From: a virus
Lineage: Duplodnaviria; Caudoviricetes
Direction: 5' to 3' (one strand)
Virus record (IMG/VR): IMGVR_UViG_3300032225_000493
Coordinates: 1 to 37,978 of that record
Length of the DNA: 37,978 nucleotides
Shown here: positions 9,827-15,552 of the stretch, in pieces
Position numbering within the stretch: position 1 is the stretch's first letter
Layout: the number at the start of each line of letters is the position of its first letter
Position numbers and translations under genes: made by a program
The notes under the pieces: model-generated
Told to the model about the DNA's origin: nothing
Databases searched by the model: none
Seen by the model: only the letters and a program-made list of their open reading frames with translations

Positions 9827-10534
9827 TTAAAAAAATGATCGTTTTGCTTTTGTAAAGTTGTCGATGACGTCAGCATAGACAGATGGGTTCAAGGCTTTGA
9901 GCTTGTCGTACAAAGGCTTGTTCACTTGGAACATCTGCTTAAGTTGGTCGGCATCGGTGGCCATGCCAATCTTCAGATTGTTCATGTCTACCATCATGTC
10001 AACCCATGCCTCATCATCGGGCGCATCAATAATAATGGTCCACTCAGGCTTTGTTTCCACATACTGTGGTGGGATGGGGTCTACTTTGCCTTTAACGTGC
10101 TTTGTAGGCGGTTTCAGCTCTTGGACAGGGCTTGGCTTGGGTTCGGGCTTTGGAGCCTCTACAGGAGGTGCTGAATCGACTGCGTCCCCTTCCACAAGCT
10201 CCATGGCGGCCATCCAAAGGTAACGGCGTTGATAAGACAAAACAGCGCCCAAATTTTGTATGGGGTGAGCGCCTTTCAGTTCAGCGGCGGCCATCGGGCT
10301 AGTGACCACAATAACTGTGCCGTCATCTACATCGGTGATGCACAGCTGGGCATACTCAGTGTTAAACGTCACGACACCGCACAGGCCAAGGTCGTTGAAG
10401 ATGACTTGAACGTGGGGGATAAAATCACCCAGCTCAAAGTATGAGTAACCCGCATATTTGTTAAGGCCAGACTTCTTCATCTCTACAGACTGAAGCTTGA
10501 CCCTCGCGGCCATGAGTTTCTTATGCACTGACAT
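9827..10534 (-). CDS. erf: ERF-superfamily ssDNA-annealing protein
   Basis: KKSGLNKYAGYSYFELGDF and QNLGAVLSYQRRYLWMAAMEL ERF signature. Confidence 0.85.
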   Translation of the reverse strand: MSVHKKLMAARVKLQSVEMKKSGLNKYAGYSYFELGDFIPHVQVIFNDLGLCGVVTFNTEYAQLCITDVDDGTVIVVTSPMAAAELKGAHPIQNLGAVLSYQRRYLWMAAMELVEGDAVDSAPPVEAPKPEPKPSPVQELKPPTKHVKGKVDPIPPQYVETKPEWTIIIDAPDDEAWVDMMVDMNNLKIGMATDADQLKQMFQVNKPLYDKLKALNPSVYADVIDNFTKAKRSFF

Positions 10535-10808
10535 TAGTTGTTCCTTCTATTGCTAACTGTTGTACCAATTTCCAATTGTCTTCTTCTTGCTTCTTGCGAG
10601 CTTTGTACGCCCTTTGATACTCGCGCTGTCTGGTTTTCTGCTCGGGCGTCAGAACCTTCTTGGTCTTCTTAACCTTGACTCGCAAAGCCTCAAGTTGTGC
10701 AACCTTCTTTTCTAACGTTGCAACAACCGTGATCAGTGCTGTGATCTGGTTTGAAGCTAGGCTTAGTTCGCTTAAAATTCTCAATTTTTCTTCGGTTGAT
10801 ATAAACAT
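10521..10808 (-). CDS. Hypothetical basic coiled-coil protein
   Basis: 95 aa; REYQRAYKARKK; RBS AAGGAG. Confidence 0.7.
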   Translation of the reverse strand: MFISTEEKLRILSELSLASNQITALITVVATLEKKVAQLEALRVKVKKTKKVLTPEQKTRQREYQRAYKARKKQEEDNWKLVQQLAIEGTTNVSA

Positions 10809-10811
10809 GAC

Positions 10812-11690
10812 TCACTCCTTTGTTGATAAATAGTCTTTGTACTGGTTACAGAATCCACTGACAGAGCAGAAGTTCGCGCATCGCGTCCTTTCACCCTGAC
10901 GAACCTCTATCTCGTACTCTTTCCCATACTCAGCCACCTTGGCTTGAGCTTCTTCATCGGTATTGCAAACATTACGTGCTTTGACATTACCAATCTTTTT
11001 CACTGCGTATGTTGTAGGCTTCTCCCAAGTCTGGGCGGGCGTACAAAATGGCAGTTCATCTCCTGTCTCCAAGTCAAATAGTGCGTTGGAGTGTTCTTTG
11101 ATTCGTTCCTGAATGAATGCTTCGCGCTGTTCCATCGGCCAGAGCTGGACGGGGATCACCTTGATGGGGGCATCAGGATAGCCGGGTTTGAGGGCGGCAT
11201 CTCTGCGTGACCAATCACGAATGATGGCTACGATCTCGAGCTTGGAAACCTTGGTCTTCTTGACGCGCTCTACCAACCATGCGTAGATGTTGAGCTGATA
11301 CTCCCAGTCAATCTTCTCGTTCATGACAGACCAAGCGCCTGTAGTCTTGTAATCGTTAATTGTTAGGGTGCCGTCTGCATTAACAATCTGCAGGTCAATG
11401 GCACCAGAGATAGACCATCCATCAATGCTTGTGTGAAGGCGCTCTTCGATCAGGTGGTTCTCGTCTTTGCCATGCTCGAGGACGCCGTGAATGGCTGTGC
11501 CAAAGATAGACCAGACCATCTCTGTGACGTCAGTCTCGATCTTGTCCTCGTGCAGTTTGCGTAACTGGACGATGCGTGGTGAGTTGATCAGCTCTGTTGC
11601 AGAGATATTGGCCTTACCCTTAGAGTAGGTAGGCCGCTTCATGATGTTCACAAAGGTCTGGGGTAGGTTGTACTTGTTTGTGATGATCAT
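10812..11690 (-). CDS. PD-(D/E)XK exonuclease (RecB/Cas4-like)
   Basis: GTAIHGVLE, EERL, SGAIDL, INDYKTT, QLNIY, C-terminal Cys cluster RCANFCSVSGFC; paired with ERF. Confidence 0.85.
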   Translation of the reverse strand: MIITNKYNLPQTFVNIMKRPTYSKGKANISATELINSPRIVQLRKLHEDKIETDVTEMVWSIFGTAIHGVLEHGKDENHLIEERLHTSIDGWSISGAIDLQIVNADGTLTINDYKTTGAWSVMNEKIDWEYQLNIYAWLVERVKKTKVSKLEIVAIIRDWSRRDAALKPGYPDAPIKVIPVQLWPMEQREAFIQERIKEHSNALFDLETGDELPFCTPAQTWEKPTTYAVKKIGNVKARNVCNTDEEAQAKVAEYGKEYEIEVRQGERTRCANFCSVSGFCNQYKDYLSTKE

Positions 11691-11983
11691 GGTGCTCTCC
11701 TCTTAAACAAACCCAAGCCCTCGCCATGAACGAGTAACCGTTTGGTGTATTCGTATACACACTGGTAAAACTCATCAAGCAGTGGCTCTTGCTGTTCTTC
11801 TGTAAACATAACCTTGTTGGCCACAAAATGCCTTGCAGTCACCTCGACAGCCAACCTATTGATAACGTATGTTGCGGTCTTTGAGCCTTTATCCTTAACA
11901 ACCAGCGCCATCTCGGCTGCGAGCAAATCGCTTAAGCGCTCGTATTCGTTCTCCATTCTTGTTAACTCTATGTCTTTGTGCAT
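11687..11983 (-). CDS. Hypothetical protein, first gene of the leftward operon
   Basis: Start MHKDIELT at 11983 with AAGGA RBS, downstream of the promoter at 12015-12044. Confidence 0.7.
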   Translation of the reverse strand: MHKDIELTRMENEYERLSDLLAAEMALVVKDKGSKTATYVINRLAVEVTARHFVANKVMFTEEQQEPLLDEFYQCVYEYTKRLLVHGEGLGLFKRRAP

Positions 11984-12014
11984 TGCAGTTCCTTGTTGTA
12001 TAATTGGGCAACAC

Positions 12015-12044
12015 ATTATACCCATGGTATTTCATGTCTTGCAA
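12015..12044 (-). promoter_or_regulatory. Sigma70-like leftward promoter
   Basis: TTGCAA-N18-TATAAT on the minus strand. Confidence 0.65.
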
Positions 12045-12067
12045 GTTTTATTTTAAAGAAAGTTCAT

Positions 12068-12529
12068 ATGCTCAAAATTGGAATAGACCCGGGACTGTCT
12101 GGCGCCATAGTTTTTGCGCGTGATGAATCTCCTGTCGAGTGGCACAAGATGCCGACAATGAAGATTGGCGCGTCTAACAGAGTTAATGCGGCAGCGCTTG
12201 CAAGAATTATTAAAGCGCGCATGTATGGTGATGATGACATCAGGGCGTATGTCGAGCTGGTGGGTAGTATGCCCGGCCAAGGCGTTGCCTCGATGTTCTC
12301 GTTTGGCCATTCTGCTGGTGTGATCCAAGGTGTATTGGGCGCGTTTGAAATCTCTGTAGTGATGGTTACGCCCCAATCATGGAAGAAGCGCGCGGGGTTA
12401 GTGGGTAAAGACAAAGACGCATCAAGGACGTTGGCCATACAGATGTGGCCTTACTGGCGTGAGCTTGACAAGAAGGGGGTCGGCCAAGCGTATGCTGATG
12501 CCGCATTCATTGCACTTTACGGAGATTGA
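12068..12529 (+). CDS. ruvC: RuvC-like Holliday junction resolvase
   Basis: MLKIGIDPGLSG, VELVGSMPGQGVASMFSFG, VTPQSWKK, ADAAFIA. Confidence 0.85.
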   Translation: MLKIGIDPGLSGAIVFARDESPVEWHKMPTMKIGASNRVNAAALARIIKARMYGDDDIRAYVELVGSMPGQGVASMFSFGHSAGVIQGVLGAFEISVVMVTPQSWKKRAGLVGKDKDASRTLAIQMWPYWRELDKKGVGQAYADAAFIALYGD

Positions 12530-12537
12530 TGTAGAAT
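12510..12537 (+). promoter_or_regulatory. Sigma70-like promoter for the sRNA
   Basis: TTGCAC-N16-TAGAAT overlapping the end of ruvC. Confidence 0.5.
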
Positions 12538-12544
12538 AAATTCC

Positions 12545-12614
12545 GGCAATGCAGTTGCCACTCTCCTTTGTTGGGTTGTCCTTTCCCCCGGGCTAATCAC
12601 TCGGGGGTTTTTTT
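12545..12614 (+). ncRNA. Candidate ~70 nt small RNA with an exposed anti-Shine-Dalgarno seed
   Basis: 5' hairpin GGCAAT-GCA-GTTGCC, single-stranded ACTCTCCTTTGTTGGGTTG, then an intrinsic terminator. Confidence 0.55.
12585..12614 (+). terminator. Rho-independent terminator
   Basis: CCCCCGGG-CTAATCA-CTCGGGGG followed by T7. Confidence 0.8.
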
Positions 12615-12632
12615 CACACTAACAGTGGTAGA

Positions 12633-12726
12633 GCTAACACGCATGAGGATTGTCGAATAAAGGTTGCAGAGTTTCAGCCTATGCAATCTCCAGATGCCGC
12701 TGGCTTCAGTCCTCAGTCGTGTTGGT
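12633..12726 (+). ncRNA. Structured RNA element (multi-branch hairpin closed by a GGAUUG/CAGUCC helix)
   Basis: GCTAACACG/CGTGTTGGT and TGAGGATTG/CAGTCCTCA stems; inner AGGTTGCA/TGCAATCT and CCAG/CTGG hairpins. Confidence 0.55.
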
Positions 12727-12729
12727 GGT

Positions 12730-12793
12730 AAGCGGGTTAGCGCCGCTTGTAGTTTTCCTTAGTTCGGTTTTTACACAAACACTGCTTCATGTG
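12730..12793 (+). repeat. Scaffold unit 1: GCGGGTTAGCGCCGC-N30-AAACACTGCTTCATGTG
   Basis: Exact 15-mer (12732-12746) and 17-mer (12777-12793) shared with unit 2, with identical 30-nt spacing. Confidence 0.85.
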
Positions 12794-12820
12794 CCCACTA
12801 ACTTTATTTTTTGTAGGGTA

Positions 12821-12851
12821 TTGACAAACCCAAATCGTTTTAGTTTATAAT
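12821..12851 (+). promoter_or_regulatory. Sigma70-like promoter
   Basis: Consensus TTGACA and TATAAT, but with a long 19-nt spacer. Confidence 0.6.
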
Positions 12852-12853
12852 TC

Positions 12854-12981
12854 GCTTGCTAGGTGTGGAAACCGATGCAAGTAGAGCCGTTAATGAAGTC
12901 CCGACCCCGACTGGGGTAGCGCGACAGCCACAAGCTGAAGTGTTTTTCCACCGGGGTTTCATTAACGGCTTTTTTGTTTTT
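12854..12981 (+). promoter_or_regulatory. Attenuator-like structured leader
   Basis: 5' hairpin with a GTGGAA loop; 19-bp stem 12885-12903/12952-12970 followed by a T-tract; TTCCAC inside the stem-loop. Confidence 0.6.
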
Positions 12982-13075
12982 GAGACTGGGATTGTGTTGC
13001 GGGTTAGCGCCGCAAACTCCTAAAGTGGACGAATGTTTTGATGAAACACTGCTTCATGTGAACAGTCCCAGTCTC
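12982..13075 (+). repeat. Scaffold unit 2 inside a 13-bp closing stem
   Basis: GAGACTGGGATTG/CAGTCCCAGTCTC encloses the 15-mer (12999-13013), 30 variable nt and the 17-mer (13044-13060). Confidence 0.85.
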
Positions 13076-13087
13076 TCCTCCACACGC

Positions 13088-13397
13088 AGCCGTCAGAGCG
13101 CGTTAGCCAATGGCCTGTATGGGCTGAACTCAAAAAACACAAGAACCTCGGTGTGACCCGCACCTCCAAGTAGAGTAATCGAACGGGATAAACAAGGAAG
13201 TCGAAAGACACATACCCTAGTACGCTGGGAGTTGATCGTTAAGGATGGTGAAAACTGACCTTATCGGGATCTCAGGGGAGGGCGGCTTGGCCAGCCGATA
13301 GTCCACGTAAAAACTGGACAACGCTCCTTGATAATGAGCTGTTAGCCCTTTACGCCTGCCCTGTGGGGGAGGGAGGGTCAACGGGTAAGAGGGCTCT
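13088..13397 (+). ncRNA. Candidate ~310 nt structured non-coding RNA or origin region
   Basis: Serial hairpins with GAAA and UACG tetraloops; no convincing ORF. Confidence 0.4.
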
Positions 13398-13415
13398 TAG
13401 GTGGTAACATAACAG

Positions 13416-13445
13416 TTGACACATGATTGATTCATGAGTTATATT
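13416..13445 (+). promoter_or_regulatory. Sigma70-like promoter of the rightward replication operon
   Basis: TTGACA-N18-TATATT, then AGGAGGT RBS and ATG 13464. Confidence 0.65.
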
Positions 13446-13463
13446 CTTAACACAGGAGGTAAT

Positions 13464-13631
13464 ATGGAAAATGATACAACAAAGCGTTTCCCACGCACTA
13501 TGCACGAAGCGTTTAACTGCGATAACGAACCCATCAGTGGGCCATATGGCAAGCAAGCAGTCTGGCCGGTGGCTGCGATCTTCTTCATTGTGATTGTGGC
13601 TGGGATCATTTTGTTCTGGAGCAAAATATGA
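13464..13631 (+). CDS. Small membrane protein
   Basis: RFPRTMHEAF motif and a C-terminal transmembrane helix; strong RBS. Confidence 0.7.
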   Translation: MENDTTKRFPRTMHEAFNCDNEPISGPYGKQAVWPVAAIFFIVIVAGIILFWSKI

Positions 13632-13876
13632 AAGCATTCCCAACCCACTCTATCAATGTTAATGACCAAGCTCGCCTCACTGCCATAGGCGGCGAAGGTG
13701 GTATGGAGTTACGGGATTACTTTGCGGCCAAGGCTCTCAGCACCATACTTGGTCAATACGACTTTACTTTTTTTGAAGATGACGAAGACGAAAAAGAAGG
13801 CGACACCTTTGCTCTCATCATTGCAAAAAATGCGTACGAAATGGCAGACGCAATGTTGAAAGCGAGGGAAGCATGA
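13628..13876 (+). CDS. Hypothetical phage protein (GMxLRDYFAAKA family)
   Basis: GMELRDYFAAKAL..AYEMADAMLKARE. Confidence 0.8.
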   Translation: MKAFPTHSINVNDQARLTAIGGEGGMELRDYFAAKALSTILGQYDFTFFEDDEDEKEGDTFALIIAKNAYEMADAMLKAREA

Positions 13877-14040
13877 CTGATGACGATGACATCCAAGAAT
13901 ACGTTCGCCCTTGGAGGGGTCTGACGGAGTTAGAAAAGGCCGAGATTACAAGCCTCAAATGGTGGGATTGGGAAGACACTTTTGATATTGATGGATTTGT
14001 CAGAGCCATTGAAGCCAAACTCAAGGAGAAAAACACATGA
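13873..14040 (+). CDS. Small protein with WxGLT..IEAKLKEKN module (not in ORF track)
   Basis: MTDDDDIQEYVRPWRGLTELEKAEITSLKWWDWEDTFDIDGFVRAIEAKLKEKNT; ATGA overlaps at both ends. Confidence 0.75.
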   Translation: MTDDDDIQEYVRPWRGLTELEKAEITSLKWWDWEDTFDIDGFVRAIEAKLKEKNT

Positions 14041-14342
14041 TTGATGGATTTGACCACGTTGGAACTGACCACAAGTGCAATGTCTGCCAGTGTGACTTTA
14101 CAGATGATGAAGGCGGTGTACAGGGATACCTTGGCATCCTGCCAGTGGCCTTCTGTCCCACTTGCTTTGCCGGCTTGTGTGACATGGTGGAGCAGATGAA
14201 TAACCGAGAGTGGGAAGGGCTGACGGAAGAAGATAAGAACGAAATTTTGTTAGATGCGATTCGGCACGGATGGAATGATCGCGTAATAGTGGAGCAAATT
14301 GAAGCCAAGCTGAAAGAGAAGAACTATGAAGATCAGGACTAA
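14037..14342 (+). CDS. Zn-finger protein with WxGLT..IEAKLKEKN module
   Basis: CNVC...CPTC followed by WEGLTEEDK..IEAKLKEKN. Confidence 0.75.
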   Translation: MIDGFDHVGTDHKCNVCQCDFTDDEGGVQGYLGILPVAFCPTCFAGLCDMVEQMNNREWEGLTEEDKNEILLDAIRHGWNDRVIVEQIEAKLKEKNYEDQD

Positions 14343-14511
14343 CCGCAAGCGTGTGCTGGCCAAGCTCGCGCACAACAATCAATACCACTGGTACGTCACA
14401 CCGTTCAGAATCAAAGCTGAGATGGCGGCAAAAACCAATAAAAGAATCCGCGAGATCGTAGATGCGGCATTCCCAGAACTGAAAGGAATCCCATGTCCGA
14501 GTTGGATTTAA
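14326..14511 (+). CDS. Hypothetical protein
   Basis: 61 aa basic ORF in the operon chain. Confidence 0.6.
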   Translation: MKIRTNRKRVLAKLAHNNQYHWYVTPFRIKAEMAAKTNKRIREIVDAAFPELKGIPCPSWI

Positions 14512-14693
14512 ACGTGTGGGAGCGAGCATTGGGTTGGCGCAAGCGTCAGATGATCCAGCGCCAGCTTGACCCGATCTCAAACCAGATTAGAAACAATACT
14601 TTAGAGGAGGTAGCACAAGAGTTTGACAAGATGAAGAACGGTGGGGATACAACGGCAGGTTTTGCCATATACATAAGGAGCATGAAAAAATGA
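14493..14693 (+). CDS. Hypothetical protein
   Basis: RNNTLEEVAQEF..FAIYIRSMK; AAGGA RBS. Confidence 0.7.
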   Translation: MSELDLNVWERALGWRKRQMIQRQLDPISNQIRNNTLEEVAQEFDKMKNGGDTTAGFAIYIRSMKK

Positions 14694-15517
14694 CTGAAAG
14701 AATAAAGCTAGAAAAGATCCGCCTTGATGGCGGTACACAACCACGCAAAGAGATTGACGAGCCTTTAGTCCAACATTACACAGAGATACTGCTCGAAGGC
14801 AAAGACAAGTTCCCGCCTATTGATTTGTGGTTTGATGGTAAAGCTTACTGGCCTAGTGATGGCTTTCACCGCTATCACGCACACAAGCGCGCAGGGTTCA
14901 AAGACATCGAGTCCAATGTTACGAAGGGCACAAAGCGCGATGCTTTCTTGGCCTGTCTTCCTGCAAATGGTAAGCACGGCAAGCAACGCACCCCAGAAGA
15001 GCGCCGTTGGGTTGTCCAGTTGGCGCTTGAAGATATTGAGTTGGGCGAGAAAACAGATACAGAGATTGCCGTTCACTGCGATGTGTCTTCAATGACTGTT
15101 GGTCGTGTACGAAAGGCTTTGGGTCTTGACAAGTCCGTCCGAGTTGATAAAAAAGGCCGCAAGGTAAACATCACTAACATTGGTAGAGTGAAAGTGGAAC
15201 CGCCATTCTGGCCTGCTGCTCCTGAGTACACAGAGGCAGACAAGATGGAAGAGATGGCCAAAGAGCACACCATCATTGCTGAAGAGAACGCAAAGCTCAA
15301 AGACCAGTTAGCGATTAAGTCGTTGCCTGTATCACAAACAGCGAAGAAAGAGATCGAGGAAACCATCGAGACACTTCGCGCAGAGGTCAAAGATCTTGAG
15401 TTCCAACTTAGGACAATGACCCAGTCACGCAACGAGTTCCAGAGTAAGAATGCTGAGATGATCAAGCAGATGGCTTACTGGAAGAAGCGCGCTGAAAAGG
15501 CAGAGAAAACCAAATAA
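14690..15517 (+). CDS. ParB/Srx N-terminal domain protein with HTH and coiled coil
   Basis: GTQPR, FPPI, DGFHR motif; TDTEIAVHCDVSSMTVGRVRK HTH. Confidence 0.8.
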   Translation: MTERIKLEKIRLDGGTQPRKEIDEPLVQHYTEILLEGKDKFPPIDLWFDGKAYWPSDGFHRYHAHKRAGFKDIESNVTKGTKRDAFLACLPANGKHGKQRTPEERRWVVQLALEDIELGEKTDTEIAVHCDVSSMTVGRVRKALGLDKSVRVDKKGRKVNITNIGRVKVEPPFWPAAPEYTEADKMEEMAKEHTIIAEENAKLKDQLAIKSLPVSQTAKKEIEETIETLRAEVKDLEFQLRTMTQSRNEFQSKNAEMIKQMAYWKKRAEKAEKTK

Positions 15518-15552
15518 ACCCGAAGCTGGGCGTATCCCAGCAGGAGAATTAA

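Noticed and set aside
12730-12793. Pistol ribozyme (GGUUAG-loop hairpin resemblance) or tRNA
   Set aside because: There is no downstream complement to the loop for the Pistol pseudoknot, no cloverleaf and no GTTCRA T-loop.
12732-13060. CRISPR mini-array interpretation of the repeats with 30-nt spacers
   Set aside because: The two flanks of each insert are different sequences, the units are about 200 bp apart, and there is no cas operon. The PD-(D/E)XK gene sits with ERF as a recombination exonuclease.
12650-13211. ORFs 12650..12850, 12974..13156 and 13020..13211
   Set aside because: They have no RBS, atypical composition, and run across promoters, terminators and RNA stems.
15525-15541. Hairpin GCTGGG-CGTAT-CCCAGC before the helicase RBS as a terminator
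   Set aside because: It has no U-tract. It may modulate translation, but the evidence is too thin to call.
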